Notes: generated from the sequence alone by a model not told the origin. A DNA stretch of 63,233 nt, filler included, from Octopus bimaculoides (GCF_001194135.2; 5 parts of 4 records of this genome joined end to end with filler, not necessarily neighbours in it); one strand, 5' to 3'. Positions 51,054-63,233 are shown, numbered from the whole stretch's first letter. Numbers and translations: made by a program.

Positions 51054-52465
51054 TTTTTTTATATATTGATCTCAGTCCTTATTATTTTTCTTAGTTGCGA
51101 AATCCAGTCCATATTTTAACAATTTTATATTTTTTTTTCATCGTTAACCTATGGGACATAATCACAGACATTTACCAGCTCACATACACATAAGTCATAG
51201 GACAACATCTGGGAGAAAGCACTTACTTTTGGCGATTAGAGTAATCTCGGATTACTGAGATCTTCATGTATCAGTATTGTAAATAAATACCTATACTCAC
51301 GTATATTTATATTACAATTAATTATCTTTTATTTGATTTTATGCAAGTCTACTTTACAACATGTAAACTAACTTCATCACGTTCCCGTTATCTGATGCCA
51401 GAGAATCAAATTAAAGAAATAATCATGGGAGACTGCTAGTTTTTCGCAAACAGCCTTAACCAGACTTGTGCCTAAGAGGGGAACTTTCTAGAGGTAATTC
51501 CATGGTCATTCATGACTGAAGGGGGTCTTTACCCTTACCTTAAGATGACATAACATAAACATAAATACAGATATAGACACACATGTGAATTCTCATTTTG
51601 ATCATCATTTAACATCCATTTTCCATGCTACCATGGGTTAGAGGTTTCAACAAAAAATGATGTGCCAGAGGGCCACACCGAACAAATGGCTATCATATGA
51701 CTACACACCTAAAGGAGAAATGTTTGCATAACTTATTTCTGTGCATCAAGTAAGATGGAGTAATCTGAAAGTTTTGTAATTCTCAAGGACATTCTACAAT
51801 GGCTCTTGTATCATGGATAAAATTTGAATTCACGAATTTAGGTGCGATCGTGGTTGTGTGGATAAAAAGCTTGCTTCTTGACCATGTGGCCATGGGTTCA
51901 ATCAATGATGACAACAATGATGATTGGGGTGGTTGTGGTTGCTGTTGAGGTGGTAGTAATGGTAGGGGTAATGATAATGCTACTACTACCGATGATGATG
52001 AGGAGGAGGAAGAGGATGATAATGGTGGTGGTGGTAATGAATTTAAAATGTCAGTGATGGTGGTGGTGATGATGAAAAAGATGAAAATGATGATGATGGC
52101 AGTGTTGGTGATGATGATGTGGGTGGGGGGAATTACTAGAACAAAGGTAAAATTTATTAAAGAAATACTCCTACATGCTCTTTCTGAAACTATCATAACT
52201 GAAAAACTTTCATGCCTTGGTCTGTTCAATTAGAATATATTTTGGATTACACTGCAACAGAAAAAAAGAAAGCATATTGTAGTGAAAGAATGGAAGATAT
52301 CCCTCTATGGAACTGGCCTCACGAGAGAAATAGTATCATTTTGTGTTCGCTAGTACATATTTGGAAATTCTAAAATTATGGAAAAATTTTCAAATTTGGT
52401 ATATTGGTGTAATTTTTTATGCTGAATCTGAATATGTGTGTCTTTGCATGTGTGTGTGTTTGTGT

Positions 52466-52507
<42 letters not shown>

Positions 52508-52519
52508 CTTTGTGCATGT

Positions 52520-52725
52520 GTTTGTCATTACCATTACTTGACAACCAGTGTTGCTGTATTTATGTCCCTGGAACTTAGCAGTTTGGTAAAAGAGACCGAT
52601 AGAATAAATATCAAGCTTCACAAAAAGATAATAAATACCGTGGATGATAAAATCAACTAAAATTCTTCAAAGTGGTGCCCCAGCATGGTAACAGTTTAAT
52701 GACTGAAACAAATAAAAGATAAAAG
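52520..52725 (+). mobile_element. SINE family C 3' half
   Basis: ttgacaaccagtgttg...gtaaaagagaccgatagaataa...gtggtgccccagcatggtaacag...gactgaaacaaataaaag. Confidence 0.8.
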
Positions 52726-53702
52726 ATGCAGGAATCTTGTTTACAAAACATCACAACATGGGTCTTTTATTTCAAAAACTTTCACATGAGCTTGAGTCAC
52801 TGTCTGTTGTCACTTGATCTACAAAAAAAAAAAAAAAACTGCTGCCAAATTTCTTCCAAATCACACCATATATTCTTATAATTGGAATTAATCTTTGGAA
52901 ACCGTAATTTTAAATAGATTATTCCAGAAAGAAAAAAGATCATTGGAATGGTCCAGGATGGAATACTATAGGTTATGAGCCTACTTGATCAGAAATTGAC
53001 CTGGTGCTAAGCTTCATTAACGACTTCAAAAACACTAATTTGTTTTTATATGTAGAGGTTAGAACGATATAATGAATGAAGTTGCTTGGCCTATTATCCA
53101 TTTTATAATTAGATAGATGCATTAATTACAAGTTTAGGTTGAAGCAAGAAGAGTGATGTACCTTATCCATATGAAATTCAATCATCCTCAATAAAAGTGC
53201 AGCTATTATCAGAAAGAAATTTCGCAAGGAGCATTTTATTGTTAGTTTCCATTGAAATGATTAGCAAACCATATAAGATTGTCTACCATCCATTAAGCAA
53301 TGCGGCAGGCAGGCCTTGCAGAATTGTCCACAGTGCTTTATGCAATATCACACCCTCTGTTGCACATCATATGAACACGGCTAATCTAATGCATTAGGTG
53401 AATGGTTTTATGATGATATGCTTACGTAATATCATATCATTAGTGTAAGAGTTTAATACAGATATAGAAGTGAAAGAGAAAGTGAAAGTGAAAGTAGAAG
53501 AAAGAAAATGACGTTGGTGTGTATTGTATGAATGGTAGTCAGGGTAGATTGGATCAAGGGAAGCTATTAAGTAACATATTAAGGCCAGACATCAGAGAGT
53601 AAGGATAATTAAGAAATTAATGGGAGTCAAGACTAAAATGATTACTTTGAAACAGTAAAGCTGACACTTGCCAGCTTTGCTTTATATGCATCTAAAAATA
53701 CA

Positions 53703-53703
<1 letters not shown>

Positions 53704-53753
<50 letters not shown>

Positions 53754-53754
53754 G

Positions 53755-53795
<41 letters not shown>

Positions 53796-53867
53796 GATTA
53801 TTATTATTATTATTATTATCATTATNNNNNNNNNNTCATTATTATTATATCATCATCATCATCATCA

Positions 53868-53955
<88 letters not shown>

Positions 53956-53990
53956 CATTATTGTTACAGTTAATATTATCATTGTTATTA
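53704..53990. repeat. (ATT)n/(ATC)n compound microsatellite
   Basis: Direct reading; a similar tract is at 54650-54845. Confidence 0.95.
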
Positions 53991-54685
53991 TGGCTGTCAT
54001 TATTTTGATTGTCGTTGTCATGATGGCAGTGCTTGTCCTCGTGGGCGGAAAATGTAACTGCAGTTATGACAAAAATAATGATGACAATAATTATAAGATA
54101 ACAATACAAGTGTACATAATTTATGTTGATGATAATGACAACGATGACGACAACGACGATTATTATGATAGCAGTGGCAATTACTACAACAATGGCAAAA
54201 TTTATAGAAACAAATAGAATTAGACAAAAGCATGCATGCATGAATGCACGAATGATGATAATGATGAAGAGGATAAAGAGGATGAAGAGGATGATAGACA
54301 ATATCTTAAAAATGATACAGAATAAATTAATTTAAAATAGAGATAAGCATTACGATAGCATTTGTTGGTGGAGAAGGGTGTGTGTGTGTGATAAGATCAA
54401 AATAAGCGTTAGTGATGATTGCAGAAATGGTGATTGTGGTGGTGGTGGTGGTGGACAATGGGGTAGATGTCTTTTCCACTGTTGGCACCACAATAACAAC
54501 AACAACAGCAGCAGCAGCAGCAGCAGTAGCAGTAGTGGCAACAACAACATTTGAAAGAAACTCTCATTCATTCATTCATTCATGTAAAAAGAAGTCTCTC
54601 TTCCCCCTCCTACACAAAAAAAGCAGAAGCACAACAAACACTATCAAAGCTATTATTATTATTATCATCATTATTATTATTATAA

Positions 54686-54730
<45 letters not shown>

Positions 54731-55055
54731 ATTATTATCATTATCATTATTATCATCATTATTATTATTATTTATTATTATTATTATTGATATTATTCTC
54801 GTTGATGTCACTGTTATTATTATCATTATTATTATTATTATTGTTTTGGTTTTTTTTATATATTACTTTTCAACAAATTATTTATGTTTGATTTAGATCG
54901 TTTAATTACATCCTTTCTTATTTTACTATGTGATACTCTACTAAGAGATAAAGAAAACAAACCAAAAAAGAAAAAAAAAATTAGAGAAAAAAAATTATAT
55001 TTTGATGTAATCAGTTAACAAGTTTCAATAAAAGCTTGAATTACTGGTCCTACAC

Positions 55056-55094
<39 letters not shown>

Positions 55095-55479
55095 ATGTAT
55101 ATAATTTGCTTTTATGTTATGTATAGAGTTAGCAGTACTGACAGTGGTTATGCTAACGACCATATCAGTGATATCGAAAACGATAGTGCCAGTGTGGGTG
55201 GGGGTAAAATGTAATACTGATATTATAATACAATGGGTAAAACAAAAGAGAATATTAAAAAAAAAACTCAATCCAGAAGTATGAGTATTGATGGCATACT
55301 AACTGCCATAAGCAGAGATTGCTTTTATTGAGTCACTTGTTCTTCTGATTTAGCAGCTAAAAATTTCCAATAAATGCCCATCTATTATTTTTCAAGAGGG
55401 AACAATGCCATGTTGAAGTTATGAATATTAAAGTTGTATGAATTTATAAAGAGGTGCAGATTCATTTACTTCTATCAGA

Positions 55480-55980
55480 CGTTTGACTATGGCCATGCTG
55501 GGGTACTACCTAGAAGGGTTTTAGTTGGCTTGTTTTTTAAGCCTGTTATTTATTCTATTGGTTTCTTTTGCTGAATCACTAAACTATGCAGATGTAAACA
55601 CACCAACACCAGTTGTCAAGTGGGGGTGTGAGACAAACAAGGACACAGAGACACACACACATATGGATATACAGTAATCTCTTGCCATATCGCAGTTCTT
55701 TTATCATGGTTTATTATTTAAGCATACATCGATTCCTCCATGGTGTTGTTTTGCATTTATAATAAAATAAATCTCTCTCTTTTACACGTTTCAGTCATTT
55801 GACTATGGTCATGCTGGAGCATCACCTTTTAGTCGAGCAAATCGATCCCAGAAATTATTCTTTGTAATCGTTCTCTTTTGTCAAACCGCTAAGTTATGGG
55901 GATGTAAACACACCAACATTGGTTGCCAAACGATGTCGGGGGGACAAACAGAGACACACAATCATAAACACACACATACA
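55480..55980 (-). mobile_element. Two SINE family C 3' halves (55480-55660 and 55785-55975)
   Basis: Plus-strand text tttcagtcatttgactatggtcatgctggagcatcacc...aaacacaccaac..ggttg in both copies. Confidence 0.75.
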
Positions 55981-56261
55981 TACATACATATATATATATA
56001 NNNNNNNNNNNNNNNNNNNNNNNNNNNNNNNNNNNNNNNNNNNNTTAATTAATTAANNNNNNNNNNNNNNNNNNNNNNNNNNNNNNNNNNNNNNNNNNNN
56101 ATATATATGCAACAATGATATGTATATCAATATATATATATATGCAACAATGATAAATATAAATATATATATATATATATATATACATTGATTATAATAT
56201 AAATATATACGCAACAATGATATACATACACAACAATATATATATGATTGTATATGTATAT

Positions 56262-56725
56262 GATGACCGTCCACTCGTGACCGATGGATGAAGACCATTT
56301 CTGACTTTCAGAGTCATTGTGCGCTCTAGGACTAACTTATATTTTGCATTTGCGGCTCCGTTGGTGGCTAATGAGCCCTGCTCTTGACAAGCATACACAA
56401 CTGCAAACATTGCAGACCAAGCTTTCCTCATTCTCCACACCAGTAGTGCGCTTTTGATCAGCACGCTTAAGTTCTCCATGCAGAATACGTGCTCTCTCAA
56501 AAGTGTCAACACCACTTCTTAACCTGCTTCCTTCATCTGTGGCGATGACAGGCAGTGCCCTGCCAGTCAGTCTCCTACATATCACAGGCCTTTATTGAGG
56601 ACTTGACACAGTCCTTAAATCGCAGCCTTGGTTTCTGCCGAGGTATCTTTCCATTCAGAAGTTCCCCATATAGCTTAGGGATCCTGCTATCATTCATTCT
56701 AATAAGGTGTCCATCGCTTAATTAC
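56262..56725 (-). mobile_element. RTE (BovB-like) LINE 3' end with C2H2-type finger
   Basis: HLIRMNDSRIPKLYGELLNGKIPRQKPRLRFKDCVKSSIKAC...DTFERARI...LVCNVCSCVCLSRAGLISHQRSRKCKI*, then a short 3' UTR. Confidence 0.9.
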
Positions 56726-57604
56726 TCAAGATATCATATATATANNNNNNNNNNNNNNNNNNNNNNNNNNNNNNNNNNNNNNNNNNNNNNNNNNNNNNNN
56801 NNNNNNNNNNNNNNNNNNNNNNNNNNNNNNNNNNNNNNNNNNNNNNNNNNNNNNNNNNNNNNNNNNNNNNNNNNNNNNNNNNNNNNNNNNNNNNNNNNNN
56901 NNNNNNNNNNNNNNNNNNNNNNNNNNNNNNNNNNNNNNNNNNNNNNNNNNNNNNNNNNNNNNNNNNNNNNNNNNNNNNNNNNNNNNNNNNNNNNNNNNNN
57001 NNNNNNNNNNNNNNNNNNNNNNNNNNNNNNNNNNNNNNNNNNNNNNNNNNNNNNNNNNNNNNNNNNNNNNNNNNNNNNNNNNNNNNNNNNNNNNNNNNNN
57101 NNNNNNNNNNNNNNNNNNNNNNNNNNNNNNNNNNNNNNNNNNNNNNNNNNNNNNNNNNNNNNNNNNNNNNNNNNNNNNNNNNNNNNNNNNNNNNNNNNNN
57201 NNNNNNNNNNNNNNNNNNNNNNNNNNNNNNNNNNNNNNNNNNNNNNNNNNNNNNNNNNNNNNNNNNNNNNNNNNNNNNNNNNNNNNNNNNNNNNNNNNNN
57301 NNNNNNNNNNNNNNNNNNNNNNNNNNTTTATTTATCTATTAATTTATTTATTAATTTAATTATTATTTTATTTTTCAATGTTTCTTTATTTTAGTGATTA
57401 TCTCCGATAAGTAGATTATTTTTGTTGTCCCTGGGAGGTTATCATTGCTATTATTTTATTTTATATTATTACTGTCTCATTATTGGGCTCAGGGAACTCT
57501 CTCCAGAAATCCTTACTCCTAGGAATCTTTCCAAGCTCCTTCACTGATATATTCAGTAATATTTCAATATATTATCATTATTTGCTATTATCATTATCTT
57601 CTAT

Positions 57605-58662
57605 AGGTTTTATACTAAGATTTGAACCTCATCTCTTCTTACTAAATTCCTCAAGGAAGCTAACATACAGACTAAGGAAATAATGGAGAAGTAAAACTTG
57701 ACGGATAGGACAGAACCGCTGGTACCAAGAGAACCAAGATTTATCCTGAAAGACCATAAAGTAAATTTCTTGACAGAGCCATCACTAAGACTCATATGCC
57801 CAACAAAATCGGACATTGGAATATTAAGCAAGAACATTATAAACAAGTATTTACCTACAATAACCACTAAGTTGAAGTTAGAATTATGGTCTAGTACAGA
57901 CCAAGTGATAAACTGGTTTAACTCAATTGAGCACAAGGAAGACACTAAGTTCATCCAATTCGATATAGCAAACTTTTATAGATCAATTAACCCAATAGTA
58001 CTAAATAAGGCAATGTGGTTCTTCCATAAGGCCTCACAAGAGAAGAATTCAAAGTAATAACAGCAGCGAGGAAATCATTTATTAGATTTAAAGATAGGAT
58101 ATGGGTAAGAAAAGATACACCTGAGGCCTTTGATGTCCCCATGGGGAGCTCTGACTCAGCCCAAATAGCTGATATGGTGGGGTCATTTATCCTTTATGAA
58201 TTAAATTATCAATTCCCTAAGGTTAGGTGGGGGGTCTGTATAGGGATGACTGCCTTCTGTATGTTAGGAATTGCTCCAACCAGGAACTGCAGAGAATTAA
58301 GGGTAGACTAGCTAGATTTTTCAGTAGAATGGGGATGAGTATAGTTTACGAAGATGACATTTCAGTGGCAAACTTCCTAGATGTAACGTTAGATATTAAG
58401 AATGAGACATATAGACCATACCACAAACCCCTAACGAACCTAAAGTATATAAATAAATCAAGTAACCATCCTAGGGCTATCATCGAGAATTTAGTTAAAA
58501 ACATCTCTTTAAGACTCTCCAAATTATCTGCTAACAATAGGGTCTTCAATAATGAAGCTCATTTCTATAATACAGCATTGAATAAGGCCGGGTATAGAGA
58601 AAGGGTCTCCTATATTGAAAATGATAGCAAAATAATTAAAACAACTGACAGCAGTAGTAGTA
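57605..58662 (+). pseudogene. Penelope-like element #2 reverse transcriptase (frameshifted)
   Basis: ILKDHKVNF...LRLICPTKSDIG...WSSTDQVINWF...FIQFDIANFYRSI; frameshift; ARKSFI...FDVPMGSSDSAQIADMVG; frameshift; GGLYRDDCLLY...ANFLDVTLDI...YHKPLTNLKYINKSSNHP. Confidence 0.93.
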
Positions 58663-59416
58663 NNNNNNNNNNNNNNNNNNNNNNNNNNNNNNNNNNNNNN
58701 NNNNNNNNNNNNNNNNNNNNNNNNNNNNNNNNNNNNNNNNNNNNNNNNNNNNNNNNNNNNNNNNNNNNNNNNNNNNNNNNNNNNNNNNNNNNNNNNNNNN
58801 NNNNNNNNNNNNNNNNNNNNNNNNNNNNNNNNNNNNNNNNNNNNNNNNNNNNNNNNNNNNNNNNNNNNNNNNNNNNNNNNNNNNNNNNNNNNNNNNNNNN
58901 NNNNNNNNNNNNNNNNNNNNNNNNNNNNNNNNNNNNNNNNNNNNNNNNNNNNNNNNNNNNNNNNNNNNNNNNNNNNNNNNNNNNNNNNNNNNNNNNNNNN
59001 NNNNNNNNNNNNNNNNNNNNNNNNNNNNNNNNNNNNNNNNNNNNNNNNNNNNNNNNNNNNNNNNNNNNNNNNNNNNNNNNNNNNNNNNNNNNNNNNNNNN
59101 NNNNNNNNNNNNNNNNNNNNNNNNNNNNNNNNNNNNNNNNNNNNNNNNNNNNNNNNNNNNNNNNNNNNNNNNNNNNNNNNNNNNNNNNNNNNNNNNNNNN
59201 NNNNNNNNNNNNNNNNNNNNNNNNNNNNNNNNNNNNNNNNNNNNNNNNNNNNNNNNNNNNNNNNNNNNNNNNNNNNNNNNNNNNNNNNNNNNNNNNNNNN
59301 NNNNNNNNNNNNNNNNNNNNNNNNNNNNNNNNNNNNNNNNNNNNNNNNNNNNNNNNNNNNNNNNNNNNNNNNNNNNNNNNNNNNNNNNNNNNNNNNNNNN
59401 NNNNNNNNNNNNNACC

Positions 59417-59735
59417 ACGAAATACATTGGCTGCACATCAGGACAGGTATGCAGGAGAATATCTAATCACTTAACGACCTTTAGAGATAGAAAGAAAATA
59501 GCAACCACCAGTCTTAGCAAATACATCTGGGAACTCAAGGATAATAATAAACAGTATTCGTTAGAATGGTCCATAGTAGCAAGATCAATGCCATACGAGA
59601 GAGGAAGAAAGTATTGTTCGCTCTGCACGACAGAACTCTACTGCATAATCTTCTCTAAGGGTTAAATTGATTAACATATTAACGAATAATGCTCTGAAAT
59701 GTACACACATCCTAAGAAGCACTTTTCGTTGGTAT
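59417..59735 (+). pseudogene. GIY-YIG endonuclease C-terminus of PLE #2
   Basis: KYIGCTSGQVCRRISNHLTTFRDRKKIATTSLSKYIWELKDNNKQYSLEW...YCSLCTTELY; a 1-nt frameshift, then LINILTNNALKCTH...WYK*. Confidence 0.9.
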
Positions 59736-60504
59736 AAATGAATTCAGGATATGAGAGGGTGCCACAGGGAATCTCATGTATGTTTATGTATATATATATA
59801 TATGCATGCGTATGTGCGTACATGTGGGTATGTGTACGTAGATACATATGCGTGTGTGTATGTATGTATGTATATATGTGTGTATATGTGTGTGTATGTA
59901 TGTGTATATATGTATGTGTATATATATATGGATATATATATATATATGGATATGTATATGTGTGTATGTGTATGCATATATGTGTATATATATGTATGTG
60001 TGTGTATGTATATGGATGTATATATATATATATACATATATATGTATATATANNNNNNNNNNTATATACGCATGTATATATGTGTGGGTGTGTGTGCATA
60101 TGTGTATATGTATGTGTCTGTGAGGGTGTGTAAGTATACATAAATACATGATAAATTATAAGACAAAGTTAAGTCATCTAATTAGGTGGACTGGTGCATA
60201 GAATACTAGTAGAAATGTGGAGATGCACCTGAACCTTAGTGGAATTAGAAAATGAAGTTAAACTACAATGGATACCTGACTATAACTAGAAAGACACCGT
60301 ACCTATAATTTAAGGAAAAGATCACTGTAGTTAAAGGGTCAGTTAAAAATAATCTCACTTAGAACCCCCAAATTATCCATTAATAGGAGGTAACCACTAA
60401 TAGTGCAAACCAACCCTAGGTTGCGACACTATAGTCTGTGCAGCCTATAAGTGCAGATTGTATAAGTGCCAATATAGGATTGTTACTACTACTACTACTA
60501 CTAC

Positions 60505-60536
<32 letters not shown>

Positions 60537-61017
60537 NNNNNNNNNNNNNNNNNNNNNNNNNNNNNNNNNNNNNNNNNNNNTTAATTAATTAANNNNNNNN
60601 NNNNNNNNNNNNNNNNNNNNNNNNNNNNNNNNNNNNATATATATATATATATATAGGTAATGAAAAATTATTGAGGTGAACTCTTTTCAAGAAACAACAG
60701 CATAGGGCTCAATTTATTGAGGAATTAGATAAAAGGATTAATTTGAAAGAGACAAGTTCCAAGGTCAATAATACTCCTCATCAAAGTTGACACATATCTA
60801 AACACAGAGGGCATATATAAGCCATTATAAGGATGCGAACACATAACATGCAAAAACATATATATACATATAACAGTGTAATTCTGTGCCCAGATCAAAG
60901 TCGGATAAGTAATTGCATAAATGCATACAAATAGATTAGCAAGTCCAAAGTGATGAGATTACAGCTCATAATAATCCAAAATGGAAGTCCTCAAAGGAAT
61001 CCAATGAATAGAAAGAG

Positions 61018-61103
61018 TCTTATGGCCGTTTCCGGGAATGTGTGAAGAAATGTGTAGGTAAGACCTTTTGAACTTCAGTAATCCACATTTCCTTCATCAG
61101 AGA
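61018..61103 (-). ncRNA. Type I hammerhead with long stem II and one stem III substitution
   Basis: TCT CTGATGA A GGAAATGTG...CACATTCCC G GAAA CGGCCA T A AGA. The palindrome ACGGCCGT is broken by a single G>A. Confidence 0.7.
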
Positions 61104-61144
61104 ATGTGTATGGATTTGGAATTTTAAAATTCGCGCATGTGTGC

Positions 61145-61179
<35 letters not shown>

Positions 61180-61213
61180 CATACATACATATTCTACATA
61201 CATACATACATAC

Positions 61214-61376
61214 CTCACCGAGGCGATGACTACTGACCGAGACCTTTGGAAATGTGCTGTGCGTGAGAAGACCCGGCAAGCCAAGTGAGATCGTTGCCAG
61301 TGCCCCTGGACTGGCTCTTGTGCGGGTGGCACATAAAAGACACCATTTCGAGCGTGGCCGTTTTCGTGCGGGTGAT
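61214..61376 (+). mobile_element. RTE-type ORF2 end fused to family D tandem units
   Basis: LTEAMTTDRDLWKCAVREKTRQAK* (stop at 61288) runs directly into gatcgttgccagtgcccctggactggctc...ggtggcacataaaagacacc. Confidence 0.75.
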
Positions 61377-62134
61377 NNNNNNNNNNNNNNNNNNNNNNNN
61401 NNNNNNNNNNNNNNNNNNNNNNNNNNNNNNNNNNNNNNNNNNNNNNNNNNNNNNNNNNNNNNNNNNNNNNNNNNNNNNNNNNNNNNNNNNNNNNNNNNNN
61501 NNNNNNNNNNNNNNNNNNNNNNNNNNNNNNNNNNNNNNNNNNNNNNNNNNNNNNNNNNNNNNNNNNNNNNNNNNNNNNNNNNNNNNNNNNNNNNNNNNNN
61601 NNNNNNNNNNNNNNNNNNNNNNNNNNNNNNNNNNNNNNNNNNNNNNNNNNNNNNNNNNNNNNNNNNNNNNNNNNNNNNNNNNNNNNNNNNNNNNNNNNNN
61701 NNNNNNNNNNNNNNNNNNNNNNNNNNNNNNNNNNNNNNNNNNNNNNNNNNNNNNNNNNNNNNNNNNNNNNNNNNNNNNNNNNNNNNNNNNNNNNNNNNNN
61801 NNNNNNNNNNNNNNNNNNNNNNNNNNNNNNNNNNNNNNNNNNNNNNNNNNNNNNNNNNNNNNNNNNNNNNNNNNNNNNNNNNNNNNNNNNNNNNNNNNNN
61901 NNNNNNNNNNNNNNNNNNNNNNNNNNNNNNNNNNNNNNNNNNNNNNNNNNNNNNNNNNNNNNNNNNNNNNNNNNNNNNNNNNNNNNNNNNNNNNNNNNNN
62001 NNNNNNNNNNNNNNNNNNNNNNNNNNNNNNNNNNNNNNNNNNNNNNNNNNNNNNNNNACAGAAAAACAAAAGACGAAGACAGGTGTATAAACAACAAGCA
62101 GGTGTATTAGTTTGATGCTTGGGAAGTTGACAGT

Positions 62135-62170
62135 CTTTTACATTTTGAGCCTACGCTCTTCAACAGAAAG
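62135..62170 (-). ncRNA. Second copy of the CUGUUGA hammerhead-like variant, G12 lost
   Basis: CTTT CTGTTGA A GAGC GTAG GCTC AAAA TGT A AAAG. Confidence 0.5.
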
Positions 62171-62285
62171 GAAATAAACAGAGAGAGAATAAAAAGAGAG
62201 GATAAAAAAAAAACTTGTGGATTTAGTGGTCAATACATACACACATGCATATATATATCTATATATCATCATTATCGTCGTCGTC

Positions 62286-62940
62286 GTTTAATGTCTGCTT
62301 TCCATGCTGGCATGGGTTGGACGGTTTGACTGAGGGCTGGCAAGCCAGAAGGCTACACCAGGCTCCAATCTGATCTGGCAAAGTTTCTACAGCTGGATGC
62401 CTTTCTTAACACCAACTACTCCAAGAGTGTAGTAGTTGCTTTTTAAGTGCCACCAGCATGATGGCCAGTCAGGCGGTACTGGCACTGACCACGCTTGAAT
62501 GGTGCTTTTTTTGTGCCACTGACATGGATACCAGTCAGGTGGTACTGTCATTGACCACAACAATGACTTCATTTGATTCAACAGGCTCCAATCTGATCTG
62601 GCAGAGTTTTTACAGCTGGATGCCCTTCCTAACGCCAACCACTCCGAGAGTGTAGTGAGTGCTTTTACATGCCACTGGTATGAGGGCCAGTCAGGCAGTA
62701 CTGGCAACGGCCACGCTCAAAATGGTGTTTTTACGTGTCACCTGCACAGGAGCCAGTCCAGCAGCACTGGCAACGCCCTTGCTCGAATGTTGTTTTCCAC
62801 GTACCACCGGCACCAGTAAGTACCAGTAAGGCAACGCTGGTAACGATCATGCCCGAATGGTGCTTTTTATGTGCCACGGGCACGGGCCAGTCAGCGACAC
62901 TGGCAACGATCACGCTCGGATGGTGCTTTTAGCACTCCGC
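62286..62940 (-). mobile_element. Family D element with internal partial duplication
   Basis: The block caggctccaatctgatctggca...cagctggatgcc occurs twice (about 62360 and 62583), each followed by tandem units. Confidence 0.85.
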
Positions 62941-62958
62941 GATGATGATGATATATAT

Positions 62959-63233
62959 TGTTACGAACGCCCGCACGCGAAGCACCTCCTTAACCGAAGA
63001 GAGAACTCGCGCGCGTGAACGTTCACAATCAGTGAGTCGGTACCTCCGCCACGGCCACTTACAAGCCCTGGCCGGAGCACGCAGCAGAGAACAACACAGG
63101 CAAAAGGAGGGGAGGAAGAAGCAACACGGAGACCATACGTTGTGTAGCGGAAACTAACCCTTTCTTTTTACATCAAACATCAGAATAAAACATTACATCA
63201 CAATTCAATAGCATATAATGGCGCATGCAACAT
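62959..63233 (+). mobile_element. Probable LTR (solo or 5' LTR) at the window end
   Basis: Abrupt GC/CpG-rich block starting TGTTACG, with AATAAA near 63184. The candidate CA end and downstream context are cut by the window boundary. Confidence 0.45.

Overview
AT-rich, gap-riddled eukaryotic scaffold with no confidently recognisable host gene. The SINE families and dense TA/CA/ATT/GATA microsatellites suggest an octopod genome such as Octopus (inference from recalled repeat families). The window is almost entirely transposable-element debris: an internally deleted Ty3/gypsy LTR element, two deleted Tc1/mariner transposons, MITEs, R4/Dong-, RTE-, CR1/L2- and Tx1-type LINE fragments, several tRNA-type SINE families (several copies with clean TSDs), and two Penelope-like elements (PLEs) with an RT plus a C-terminal GIY-YIG domain. 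The main hidden signal, absent from the ORF track, is a set of up to eight type I hammerhead ribozyme (HHR) motifs of several architectures, most with palindromic stem III. One (35258-35356) has a fully canonical core and lies in an inverted pseudo-LTR joined to a 5'-truncated PLE RT; its direct-orientation twin is at 31384-31482. PLE-associated HHRs are an established class; these particular long-stem-II and CUGUUGA variants may be undescribed. All structures and translations were read by eye, and no search or folding computation was run.
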